Part shown: piece after piece, positions 31,953 to 41,500 of the stretch
Layout: each line of letters starts with the position of its first letter
Numbering within the stretch: the first letter of the stretch is position 1
DNA from: an uncultured Rikenellaceae bacterium
GTDB taxonomy: Bacteria; Bacteroidota; Bacteroidia; Bacteroidales; VadinHA17
Direction: 5' to 3'
NCBI GenBank assembly: GCA_964514725.1
Contig: CAZEUL010000005.1
Coordinates: 129,479 to 193,478 of the forward strand
Length of the DNA: 64,000 nucleotides
Position numbers and translations under genes: made by a program
The notes under the pieces: generated by a model
What the model saw: the letters and a program-made list of their open reading frames with translations, nothing else
Database searches by the model: none
What the model was told of the DNA's origin: nothing

Positions 31953-34900
31953 ATGCGTATCACAACCTTATTCTTATTTTCATTAACGATTTCTTTATAC
32001 GGCCAGAAGGCAATTATCCGGGAAGTTGTGAGACCAGTTACAACATACCCATACTCTGACCCCGATCCTGTGCCAAAACCGGGAAGAACCTATCCGTATT
32101 TCAGATTTGATGGATATACTAATAAATCAGCTCCGGTCAACTGGAAAATGATTGAGCTTGAAAATGATTATATACGCCTTGCTGTTATGCCAGAAATAGG
32201 CGGGAAAGTATGGGAAGCCTATGAGAAATCAGAGAATTATCCATTTGTTTTTACAACAAAGGCGGTCAAATTCCGTGATATTGCCCTTCGCGGCCCATGG
32301 ACCACGGGAGGACTTGAATTTAATTTCGGTGATATCGGGCACGCTACTACCTGTTCAACTCCGGTGGATTACTTCACCAGACAAAATTCCGACGGAAGTG
32401 TAAGCTGCTTTATTGGTGCTACTGAATGGGCATCAAGAACTACCTGGAGGGTTGAGATCAGGCTTGAAGCCGACAAAGCATATTTTACAACCCGCTCATG
32501 GTATTATAACGGTACACCTGTTGAGCAGGAGCTATATCATTGGATAAATGCAGGCTTTAAGGCGTCAGGAAACCTTGAGTTCATCTTTCCGGGCACACAC
32601 CATGTCGGACATGGAGGAGAATACGGTAACTGGCCTCTGGATACCGTTGGGAGGGATCTCTCATTTTATGAGAATAATAATTTTGGCAGCTATAAATCAT
32701 ATCATATATTTGGTCGTCCATCAGATTTTTATGGGGGTTTCTGGCATGACGACAACATGGGATTTGGCCGCTTTTCACCCTATTATGAAAAGCTAGGTAA
32801 AAAAATATGGATTCTGGGACTTTCACAGGAAGGGACAAGATGGGAAAATCTTCTTGGCGATAACGACGGACTTAATGTAGAGCTACAGTCAGGCCGGTTG
32901 TTTACCCAGGCTTCGGAGTCAAGCATGTTTACTCCATTCAAACATGTAGGTTTTTCACCATTTGCAACTGACTCATGGTCAGATATGTGGTTCCCCGTGA
33001 AGCATACCCGTGGGATGACACAAGCCTGCTCCAAAGGGGCCCTTAACCTAAGGTCTGAAGACGGATGGCTTAAAATCGACTGGATGTCGCTTGGAAACCA
33101 GCATGATTCCCTTATAATACTTGACGGCCGGAAACCATTAATCTCAAGGTATTTAGACCTAAATCCATTAGGTTTGTTCCGCGATTCGTTGATATGGAAC
33201 GGCAATCCTGATATATTGAAGGTAAAAATAGGCAACTACCTGATTTCCGACGGTTCGGTCCAGTCAATAAACCGTCCGTTGCAAAGTCCTTCCAGCTTCA
33301 GATGGGATTCTGAATATGGTTTGTTACTGAGGGGTTCTGACCTGAGCAAACAAAAGAACTACAAGGAAGCTGAATCCTTCTTTCTTGAAGCATTGGATAA
33401 GAATCCATATTTTGTCCCAGCTCTCATCCAGATGTCAGAGATACGATTCAGACAGGGATTATATAATGAATCCCGCGAGTATGCAAAAAAAGCTCTTTCA
33501 ATTAATACTTATGATCCATGGGCAAATTATTTCTGGGGGCTTGCAAGCGACAAAGCAGGTTATTATGCAGATGCTGTTGATGGTTTTTCAGTTGCAACAA
33601 TTGATCCTTATGCCAGACCGGCCGCTTTATTGAACCTGACCCGTCTGTCAATAAGACAAAAGAATCTGATCAGAGCGAAAAGCCTTGTTGATAAATGTAT
33701 TGGTTCGAATCCTGAAAATGAAGATCCATTGATCCTTAAAGCCCTGATAACAAGACTTTCAGGAGAAAAGGATCTCTCTTTGAAATATCTGAGTGAGATT
33801 CTTGAAAGCAATCCCCTGTGCCATCAGGCCAGGTTTGAGAAATATCTGAATACTGAAAACATAGCTGACAAGAATGACTTCGTAAACATGATCAGGCAGG
33901 AAATGCCACATGAGACCTTCATTGAACTGGCTTTAAATTACTATAATCTTGGGCTGACCGGAGAGGCTTTAGAGTTACTTGGTATGGCACCCCGCAATCC
34001 AATGGTGGAGCTCTGGCAAGCTTTTCTTCTGAACAGGACCGGTAAAAAAGAAGATGCTGAAAGGTTACTTGATTCTGCTTCTTCAGCATCTCCTGAACTT
34101 GTTTTTCCATTCCGGACCGAAATGATCCCTCTTTTTTCATGGGCAAACAGTATAATACCTTCATGGAAATGGAGGTACTATGAAGCGCTTATACACTGGC
34201 AGAACCATTTAAATGATAGAGCAGGTAACTTGTTCATGGCATGCGGTGATGAACCTGATTTTGTGCCATTTTACATTGCAAAAGCCAGATTCTTCAGTGA
34301 CAACCCTGCAGTTGTAAAGGCTTCTCTTGAAAAAGCCGTGGAGATGGACCCTTTATTCTGGAGGACATCAATTGATCTTGCTAAATTCTATGCAGAATCA
34401 GGCGATACCAAAGGAGCTCTTAAAATTGCAGGTAAAAATTACAAAAATCACCCTGGAAGTTTCGTGATAGGACTTCAATATGCGCAGATGCAGACTCTCA
34501 ATCAGATGTATATTGAAGCCCTTGCTACTCTTAAAGGTCTGGAAATGCTCCCGGCCGAAGGTGATGTGAATGCACACACATTGTTCAGACAAACAAATAT
34601 TCTTCTTGCACTTGATCTTATTAAGGGAAAAAAATATCACAAAGCTGTTCATTATCTGCAAGAGGCTGAAAAATGGCCTGAAAATCTTTTTTCCGGGGAA
34701 CCCTATCTGGCTGATAACCGGGTAACACGCTTTATTACATCATATTGTATGGAGAAGCTAAACAGAAAGAAAGATGCAGAAGCTGGAATAAATTATATAA
34801 AGAATTACCGAAATCCTGATGGCAGAACCTTCAGGTCAGGTGATATACTGACTAAGTTACTACTCACTGGTAACCAGGAATTTAAGAATACCTTGAAGCT

Positions 34901-34967
34901 GGTCCTTGAAAACCTTGGTAGTGACAGGGATAAAGAAGTGCTTGTTAAGTTTCTGGAGTTGTTATAA
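31953..34967 (+). CDS. DUF5107-like N-terminal domain fused to a long TPR-repeat region
   Basis: 1004-aa ORF with a signal peptide. The N-terminal ~450 aa (YPYSDPDPVP...YPYFRFDGY) resemble DUF5107, and the C-terminal half is helical-repeat (TPR-like) sequence. Confidence 0.55.
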   Translation: MRITTLFLFSLTISLYGQKAIIREVVRPVTTYPYSDPDPVPKPGRTYPYFRFDGYTNKSAPVNWKMIELENDYIRLAVMPEIGGKVWEAYEKSENYPFVFTTKAVKFRDIALRGPWTTGGLEFNFGDIGHATTCSTPVDYFTRQNSDGSVSCFIGATEWASRTTWRVEIRLEADKAYFTTRSWYYNGTPVEQELYHWINAGFKASGNLEFIFPGTHHVGHGGEYGNWPLDTVGRDLSFYENNNFGSYKSYHIFGRPSDFYGGFWHDDNMGFGRFSPYYEKLGKKIWILGLSQEGTRWENLLGDNDGLNVELQSGRLFTQASESSMFTPFKHVGFSPFATDSWSDMWFPVKHTRGMTQACSKGALNLRSEDGWLKIDWMSLGNQHDSLIILDGRKPLISRYLDLNPLGLFRDSLIWNGNPDILKVKIGNYLISDGSVQSINRPLQSPSSFRWDSEYGLLLRGSDLSKQKNYKEAESFFLEALDKNPYFVPALIQMSEIRFRQGLYNESREYAKKALSINTYDPWANYFWGLASDKAGYYADAVDGFSVATIDPYARPAALLNLTRLSIRQKNLIRAKSLVDKCIGSNPENEDPLILKALITRLSGEKDLSLKYLSEILESNPLCHQARFEKYLNTENIADKNDFVNMIRQEMPHETFIELALNYYNLGLTGEALELLGMAPRNPMVELWQAFLLNRTGKKEDAERLLDSASSASPELVFPFRTEMIPLFSWANSIIPSWKWRYYEALIHWQNHLNDRAGNLFMACGDEPDFVPFYIAKARFFSDNPAVVKASLEKAVEMDPLFWRTSIDLAKFYAESGDTKGALKIAGKNYKNHPGSFVIGLQYAQMQTLNQMYIEALATLKGLEMLPAEGDVNAHTLFRQTNILLALDLIKGKKYHKAVHYLQEAEKWPENLFSGEPYLADNRVTRFITSYCMEKLNRKKDAEAGINYIKNYRNPDGRTFRSGDILTKLLLTGNQEFKNTLKLVLENLGSDRDKEVLVKFLELL

Positions 34968-35045
34968 AATTGGATGGAAAAATTATTTTGGCACCAATTC
35001 ATCCCGACTGCTATCAGGATGGCGACAATATGATGTTTACTTGTT

Positions 35046-36191
35046 TTAAGCTACTCCAAACCTTTCAAGTTTGTAAAACCTGAATGCATTATCCCAATAG
35101 ATTTTCTTCAATACTTCATCATCGAGTCCGATACCGTCTATTTTCCATTTTCCCTGGATAGGAGTAGGATGATCAAATTGTTTATCATTGGTCTGGAAAT
35201 AGCGCCAGTGGATATCATAAAAATGATGGTTTTCTTCCATTGTGAAATCCTTACAGGGGCCTGCCCCCTGAACTTCACACTCCTCCCATAATGCCATATC
35301 TGTTCCGAACATTATTCTGTCCTGATACTTTGTAAAAAAGTCATGGCCTTCCTGTGGATCATGTTTCCCAAGTTCCCCGATGCGAGCTGCAGTATCGATG
35401 TTAAGGTTAGGGAGCTGATCGAGCCAGGTGCTCACCATTTTAAGATTTTCCGAATAACCGGCTACATGAACTGCAACGAATTTTACATTTGGGAAAGTTC
35501 TGTAGACATTATTGACCTGTTCAAAAAGAGTTTCCAGAGCAGGGTATTTAGTGCGGTCTGCAAAAGACCATTCAGGATGGAGTTCGAGTTCCTCCCAGCG
35601 CTCATTCTGAGGATTCCATGGTTGAAAGAAAGCTACCGGATCTCCTGTGTGGAAAGCTACCGGTATACCAAGTTTCTCGGCCCTTTCCCATATAGGGTAC
35701 AGCCTCGGATCGTCGATGGCGATAAGCTTTCCATCCATATCCCTGGCAGTAAGTCCAAGGTCTTTAAGATTCTTGAGTGCAATGGCCCCTGCATCGACAG
35801 CTTTTTCAAGTATGTCTGGGGCTTTTATGAAAAATTCAGGATCGGTCTTAGCCAGATCCCAATCAAAGGTATAATGAAGGCCAAATCTGTTTCTGTATGG
35901 CTTTATGGCATTATTGATTTCATAAAATGCCCGGTCACCGACATACATATCTGAGTCGGAACCGGAAATTGAAGCTATCAGCACTGCGTATCTGATTAAA
36001 TTATCATCCAATATCCTGAGAGCTTTTTCAATTTTTCCGGGTGTCGCGTGCATGTGGGCATCGATCAGACGGCCCCCGGCCGGTTTTAACTTATCTGGTT
36101 TGCTTGCACTATTGCATTGATTCAATCCTGCTGCCGAAATTACTGCTGCACCCATAGATGAAAGTTTTATAAATTCTCTTCTGCTTATCAT
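35046..36191 (-). CDS. Amidohydrolase-family metallohydrolase with Tat signal
   Basis: It has a Tat motif (ISRREFIKLSSMGAAVISAAG), the HxH motif (LIDAHMHA) and a C-terminal FGTDM motif. Confidence 0.7.
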   Translation of the reverse strand: MISRREFIKLSSMGAAVISAAGLNQCNSASKPDKLKPAGGRLIDAHMHATPGKIEKALRILDDNLIRYAVLIASISGSDSDMYVGDRAFYEINNAIKPYRNRFGLHYTFDWDLAKTDPEFFIKAPDILEKAVDAGAIALKNLKDLGLTARDMDGKLIAIDDPRLYPIWERAEKLGIPVAFHTGDPVAFFQPWNPQNERWEELELHPEWSFADRTKYPALETLFEQVNNVYRTFPNVKFVAVHVAGYSENLKMVSTWLDQLPNLNIDTAARIGELGKHDPQEGHDFFTKYQDRIMFGTDMALWEECEVQGAGPCKDFTMEENHHFYDIHWRYFQTNDKQFDHPTPIQGKWKIDGIGLDDEVLKKIYWDNAFRFYKLERFGVA

Positions 36192-36203
36192 TTTATTCCG
36201 GAT

Positions 36204-37559
36204 TTATTTTGTCAAATCACCAAAAACATCTGACCGGCGATCCTTGCGCCATACAGTTTTCCACACCCCCAGCCCTGCGTTTCCTAGCCAGTACCATCGG
36301 GGGTTGTAATTCAGATCTACATCCGCCACCAGCAAACTGCCCTGGGTGGAGCTTTCCTGAAGCACTTCACCTGCAGGATTTACTATTACACTGTGACCGT
36401 CGAAAATGTTTGTCACAAAGTAGACTCCGTTGTCAACAGCCCTGGCTCTGGCGATGAGTTTCCACATATCAGGATCCCTGACATCTCCCCAGACCGGGCA
36501 GAATAAGATTTCAGCTCCGTTTATTGCAAGAATCCGGGAAATTTCAGGGAAAGCGCTGTCCCAACAGATCAGAATGCCAATTTTCCCAAAATCTGTAGTG
36601 AAAACAGGAAATTCATTTCCAGGTATTGCCCCGGCTTCGGTCTCCGAATCAGGTAGCTGCACCTTTTCATAAATTCCCTCTATATTCCCCTTACGACCGT
36701 AAAGCACAGCCACATTTTTCAATGTATCATCCTTCCAGCTGTAAAGACCCGAAACTATGTACATTCCATATTCCTTAGCCTTGCGTGACATCATAACAGA
36801 TGCACTACCCTCAAGCGTGTTGGCTTCTGTTTTCTGCATCCCTAGTCCGGTATTGCAGGTAGGCCAGCCCTCCGGGAGGCATACTATTGTACAGCCTGCT
36901 TTACCCGCCTTGTCAAGCATTTCACTCATTAAAGATACGTTCTTTTCAACTGTCGGACCCGGCGGGCGAAAATAAAAGGTCCCGACTTTTATTTTTCTGG
37001 GCTGCTCGGGTTCACACGATTCGAAAACAATGTCATCCCACCACACTGTACCAGTACTCCATCTGAACACCAGATTGATCTCAGCGGCTGTAGTCCCCGC
37101 TACAGATCTGATCTTGTCCGAGGCAAGTATCCAACCTCCATCCTCGTTCCTTTCGGTATAAATATAATTGTAACCAAGTTGTTCATCTTCCCTAAACCAT
37201 TTTACCCTTATCAAGACACTTTTATGAACCGATTTAATTCCACTCGTACGGTACCTGACACTTACCTGATAGGCCTGATCTCCTTTTACTGAAATTTTCT
37301 GGGCAGCTATCCCGTGGCAGTTGGGATTATTGCTTTCCATCCTCAAACCAGAATTCCCGCTGAAAAAAACCTTTTTGTCTAATGCAGTCAGAGGCTTCAT
37401 GGAAGGAACCGGACCGCTGATTTTCCAGTTTACTGCATCGGTTGAAGAGGCCTCAAATCCAGGATTTATTACCAGATTATCTGCAAATGAAATTCCTGAA
37501 AAGAGAATAAAGCTGACAATTGAAACCACCGCAGGCAGTATATTAGATTTTTCTTTCAT
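36204..37559 (-). CDS. Secreted carbon-nitrogen hydrolase (nitrilase superfamily) with an N-terminal CBM4/9-like jelly-roll domain
   Basis: It has a signal peptide and an N-terminal NLVINPGFEASS...WKISG CBM-like module. The E-K-C triad context is present (VCLPEGWP, YEKVQLP, ILICWDSAFPE). Confidence 0.75.
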   Translation of the reverse strand: MKEKSNILPAVVSIVSFILFSGISFADNLVINPGFEASSTDAVNWKISGPVPSMKPLTALDKKVFFSGNSGLRMESNNPNCHGIAAQKISVKGDQAYQVSVRYRTSGIKSVHKSVLIRVKWFREDEQLGYNYIYTERNEDGGWILASDKIRSVAGTTAAEINLVFRWSTGTVWWDDIVFESCEPEQPRKIKVGTFYFRPPGPTVEKNVSLMSEMLDKAGKAGCTIVCLPEGWPTCNTGLGMQKTEANTLEGSASVMMSRKAKEYGMYIVSGLYSWKDDTLKNVAVLYGRKGNIEGIYEKVQLPDSETEAGAIPGNEFPVFTTDFGKIGILICWDSAFPEISRILAINGAEILFCPVWGDVRDPDMWKLIARARAVDNGVYFVTNIFDGHSVIVNPAGEVLQESSTQGSLLVADVDLNYNPRWYWLGNAGLGVWKTVWRKDRRSDVFGDLTK

Positions 37560-37595
37560 GTGTTTAGACTGTTTATTTGTTAAACCTGGTTCCTT

Positions 37596-38525
37596 TTAGC
37601 CTTTGAACCATTTATAGGTACATCCCTGGTTGAAATGAATTACTTCAATCGAAGGATACCTGTCTTTTATTATCCTGTTCAGCGATCTTATCCCCATCTC
37701 TTCACTTACGCCATGATTAATGACAATAAGAGGATGTCCGGTATCCTCCGCGTAAACAGTCTGGATATGGGTCCGGATAACGTCATCTATAGCCACAAAT
37801 ACATCGGGTTTCAAATCAGCAAAATCCATCGGGTCACAGATCCAGCCGGTTCCCAGGCCCACACTCGAAACCATTCTTTGAGGATCACCGTAGAATGCAA
37901 CTCCGGGCTGCCCCAACTGCGACAGCTTGCCGGCAATCATTCCGGCAAAGCTTGAAGCAGTCATTTTATTAAATCTATAAACATTATAATAAGTACGAGA
38001 GGAAATTATATCATTTTTACCAAACCCGAGGAATTCTCCGAATGCAAAAGGAATACCTTTTTCCTGCAGCGCATCAATTGTGTCGTGGTTTCTTATTATC
38101 ACAAGCTGGTTTTCATTAATCCACTTTTTCTTCTTTTCGATCTGTAACAGGTATTGTTGCTTGGTGTAATCAGATGATCTATCAAGAAAGCTGGGAACCT
38201 CATCAAGATCCCAATGTGTATAAAATGTCGGCTCATGAGTAACAAGGACATTTACCCCTGAAGTAACGGCCTTTTTACATGTTTCCCATGTCGACATCCA
38301 GCACGTTCCTATCTTTTTAATTTTTACATCAGGATTGCCGATTATTATCCTGTCAACTGTCTTCTTAGGAAGATTTGTAAGCGAGACAAGATAATTCTGA
38401 AGCTCCTTAACGGTCAGGTCATCAGACATTTTGCCTTTTAACGGGTACCCTTCCGGTGAAAACCCGGAAATTCCAAAGTAACTGCCGGAAAGTGCTGTAA
38501 CTCTTATAAAATCTTTTCTATTCAT
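37596..38525 (-). CDS. NIF3-like (dinuclear metal centre) family protein with a Tat-like signal
   Basis: The pattern IKKIGTCWMSTWETCKKAVTSGVNVLVTHEPTFY follows the NIF3 N-terminal layout. The N-terminus MNRKDFIRVTALSG is Tat-like, with RK in place of RR. Confidence 0.5.
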   Translation of the reverse strand: MNRKDFIRVTALSGSYFGISGFSPEGYPLKGKMSDDLTVKELQNYLVSLTNLPKKTVDRIIIGNPDVKIKKIGTCWMSTWETCKKAVTSGVNVLVTHEPTFYTHWDLDEVPSFLDRSSDYTKQQYLLQIEKKKKWINENQLVIIRNHDTIDALQEKGIPFAFGEFLGFGKNDIISSRTYYNVYRFNKMTASSFAGMIAGKLSQLGQPGVAFYGDPQRMVSSVGLGTGWICDPMDFADLKPDVFVAIDDVIRTHIQTVYAEDTGHPLIVINHGVSEEMGIRSLNRIIKDRYPSIEVIHFNQGCTYKWFKG

Positions 38526-38742
38526 ACTGCTGAAAGAATTGTAATGTTGTGCCCTAAGTTATAAAATGAAATGATCATTTCGGAGATCATTATAAAAATT
38601 GTGGAACACCTGTAAATTAAGGAAATCTGAAAAAATGCGACTTAAGAAGTTTTACCAGATTTAAAAGCTTATTATAGAATATTTTTAATAAAGATTTTAC
38701 CTTTATTGGAGCTATGATGGGTTTTTTCCAAACAGTTATTTA

Positions 38743-39714
38743 ATGAAAAACGAAAAACATTTTTTGGAAGGAAGGGGTAAAACTTCTTCAAGAAGAAGAT
38801 TCCTTTCAATGGGAGCTGGAATTTTGACCGGAGCTTTTATCCGAAATATACCTTTAACAGAGAGTCAATATAGACCTGGGCATATTTCAAGGGATCCATT
38901 ATCCTGGCCGGATACCGGCCTTATTTTTGACTGCCACCTTCATTGTCCCTCAGAAAAAGGTGAAAGTTGGCAATGGTACAAGGTTACAAACACCTTTGAA
39001 GACTTTCTTAAATACCTTGACAAGACAGGTGTGCATAGAGGAATAATTAATTCACAGAGAAGCTATGGTGAGAGGCCGGAAGAATTCATAGCCGGTAATC
39101 GTGAAATCGCAAGATTTGTCGAAAAATACAAGGGGCGCTTTATAGGGGCATGTGTTGTCAATCCACTTTACATTGAAGAAGCACTTCGTGAGATTGAGTT
39201 TTGCCACAGGGAACTTGGTTTTATCTGGGTAGGTGAGTTATGCAATTACATGGTCCCATATGATTATTCAATAAAAGAATTCGAAACACTTGTAAATTAT
39301 GTTTCCGGCCGTGGAATGATTCTATCATTGCATACGGAACATGGTGAGATGGAATATATTGCTCAGAAATTTCCAAAAGCCACAATTGCTTTTGCTCATT
39401 TTGGAGATGATCATGAATATGAAGACATTTTTAAGAGAATTGACATTGTGGCTGCAAATCCGAATTATTATCTCGACACTTCCGGTTATGGTCACGATCG
39501 TGTTGGAGTACTTGAATATGCCGTGAAAAAAATTGGTCCCGACAGGATCCTGTTTGGCTCTGATTTTTCCATAAATGATCCATCGACCGTGATTGCAAGG
39601 ATTAAAAACTCTTTTCTGTCAGAGGAGGAAAAACAAAAAATACTTTCAGGGAATCTCTTAAAACTACTTGAGAAATCAGGAATTGAAGCCGGAGAAAATT
39701 TTTTGCCTGAATAA
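38743..39714 (+). CDS. Amidohydrolase-family metallohydrolase with Tat signal
   Basis: It has a Tat motif (SSRRRFLSMGAGILTGAF), the HxH motif (IFDCHLHCP) and a C-terminal LFGSDF motif. Confidence 0.7.
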   Translation: MKNEKHFLEGRGKTSSRRRFLSMGAGILTGAFIRNIPLTESQYRPGHISRDPLSWPDTGLIFDCHLHCPSEKGESWQWYKVTNTFEDFLKYLDKTGVHRGIINSQRSYGERPEEFIAGNREIARFVEKYKGRFIGACVVNPLYIEEALREIEFCHRELGFIWVGELCNYMVPYDYSIKEFETLVNYVSGRGMILSLHTEHGEMEYIAQKFPKATIAFAHFGDDHEYEDIFKRIDIVAANPNYYLDTSGYGHDRVGVLEYAVKKIGPDRILFGSDFSINDPSTVIARIKNSFLSEEEKQKILSGNLLKLLEKSGIEAGENFLPE

Positions 39715-39715
39715 A

Positions 39716-40570
39716 TTAATCTAAGCCTGGTTCCACATGTATAATTACATTCAGCTTCTCAAACTTTGATGAAAGTATCTCTTCAATGTGGTCACAATAA
39801 CTATGAGCGTTTTCAACTGACTGATCCTTCGGGATTTCAATATGAAGATCAATAAATCTGTAATTTCCTGATATTCTTGTTCTTAAGCCGTGGTAATTTA
39901 CTTCCATTTCATCAAGCATTTTTTCAAGCTTTTCAACCTCATCGTCCGACCAGGCTTCATCAAGCAAAGGTCTGAATGCTTTCCTGCTCAAAACCCATGC
40001 TTCTTTTATGATCAGACCAGCGACACAAATTGCAACCAAGGGATCAAGCCAGTAGATATCTGTCAGAATAATGAGACCAAGCCCGGCTGCCACGCCAAGT
40101 GAAGTATATACATCAGTCTTGAGGTGCAGTGCGTCTGCTTCAAGAGCAACTGAACCTGTCTGCTTTGCAACCTTGTAAAGTTGACGTGAAACAAAAGTGT
40201 TGACAACTGCAGAAACGACCATAACCAGAGAGCCAAGTCCCAGGGATTCAATAATTGTTTGTCCGCCAGTTATCTTTTTTATTGCCTCAATTATTATCCA
40301 TATAGCGGCAACAAATATCAGAAGAGCTTCAATGACTCCTGATATGTTTTCAACCTTTCCGTGACCGTATGGGTGACGTGTGTCGGGTGGATTATCGGAT
40401 ACTTTCACCGAAACGAAAGCAATTACTGATGCTATTAAATCCATTGATGAATGTATAGCCTCCGAAATAATACTTACCGATCCGCTGATAAGACCAACGG
40501 CCAGCTTAATAGCAATCAGAAAACTATTAGAAATTACTGATATCCTGGCAATTCGTATTTTGGGATTCAT
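39716..40570 (-). CDS. Cation diffusion facilitator (CDF) family metal efflux transporter
   Basis: It has six hydrophobic helices, the CDF HxxxD motifs (HSSMDLIAS, HLKTDVYTS) and a C-terminal cytoplasmic domain. Confidence 0.85.
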   Translation of the reverse strand: MNPKIRIARISVISNSFLIAIKLAVGLISGSVSIISEAIHSSMDLIASVIAFVSVKVSDNPPDTRHPYGHGKVENISGVIEALLIFVAAIWIIIEAIKKITGGQTIIESLGLGSLVMVVSAVVNTFVSRQLYKVAKQTGSVALEADALHLKTDVYTSLGVAAGLGLIILTDIYWLDPLVAICVAGLIIKEAWVLSRKAFRPLLDEAWSDDEVEKLEKMLDEMEVNYHGLRTRISGNYRFIDLHIEIPKDQSVENAHSYCDHIEEILSSKFEKLNVIIHVEPGLD

Positions 40571-40627
40571 TAAGTTTAGAAAAATTACAAAACTATATAC
40601 AGTGTTTTTAAATAACTTGGAAATTCT

Positions 40628-41500
40628 TTAAATACTTGAAATAAGGTCACGAACCTTCTCTATCAGCCATTCTGGAGTTGATGTTGCACCACAGACTCCG
40701 GCTGATTTTTTCCCTTTGAACCATGTTAAATCAATTTCTTCAAGAGATGAAACAAAATAAGTATCAGGATTTACATTCTTGCAGACCGAATAAAGTATTT
40801 TGCCATTTGAACTCTCTTTGCCGCTTACAAATATTATGATATCGTGCCTGCTGGCAAATTCTTTCAAGTAAGGTTCCCTGTTTGCTATTTGACCGCATAC
40901 TGTATTATGAATCCTTAGCAATTTGCTTGCATCTCCATTGTGTTTTGTTATTTTTTCTGAAATCAGATTTTTTATCTTCTGGTACTCTTTCATATCCATT
41001 GTTGTCTGAGAAAAAAGATGCACAGGCCTTTTAAAATCTATCTTATTCAGGTCGTCCGGGTCAGAGATAAGTATCCCTTCATTTTCAGTCTGACCAAGTA
41101 ATCCTATAACTTCAGCATGCCCGGGCTTCCCAAAAATGACTACCTGCCCGTTGTTATCCCTGGAGGCCTTCCAGGTATCTCTGATCTTTGATTGAAGTCG
41201 TTTAACAATAGGGCATGTGGCTTCTATTATCTCAATGTTGTTTTTCCTGGCTCTCTCATAAGTTTCCGGAGGTTCTCCGTGTGCTCTTATTAGTACCTTG
41301 CAGTCCTTATATCCCTTGAACTGATTATGGTCAATTGAAACAAGACCGAGATTTGAAAGACGCTCCACTTCTTTGTCATTATGTACTATTGGTCCAAGGG
41401 AAAAGACTTTTTCACCTTTAAGCAATGCTTTTTCTGCAATTTCAACTGCATTCCTGACACCAAAACAGAATCCTGATCGTTTATCTGTTTCAACCTTCAT
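40628..41500 (-). CDS. ispH: 4-hydroxy-3-methylbut-2-enyl diphosphate reductase
   Basis: It has GFCFGVRNAVEIAE, GPIVHN and TVCGQIANRE motifs and a length of ~290 aa. Confidence 0.9.
   Translation of the reverse strand: MKVETDKRSGFCFGVRNAVEIAEKALLKGEKVFSLGPIVHNDKEVERLSNLGLVSIDHNQFKGYKDCKVLIRAHGEPPETYERARKNNIEIIEATCPIVKRLQSKIRDTWKASRDNNGQVVIFGKPGHAEVIGLLGQTENEGILISDPDDLNKIDFKRPVHLFSQTTMDMKEYQKIKNLISEKITKHNGDASKLLRIHNTVCGQIANREPYLKEFASRHDIIIFVSGKESSNGKILYSVCKNVNPDTYFVSSLEEIDLTWFKGKKSAGVCGATSTPEWLIEKVRDLISSI

Noticed and set aside
35343-35954. 203-aa plus-strand ORF antisense to the Tat amidohydrolase gene. Similar long antisense ORFs occur at 7062-7667, 4894-5391, 32783-33235, 51758-52195 and 21663-22049.
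   Set aside because: Each lies entirely inside a longer opposite-strand ORF that carries recognisable domain motifs. Their translations are low-complexity, with no signal or motif. They are most likely shadow ORFs.
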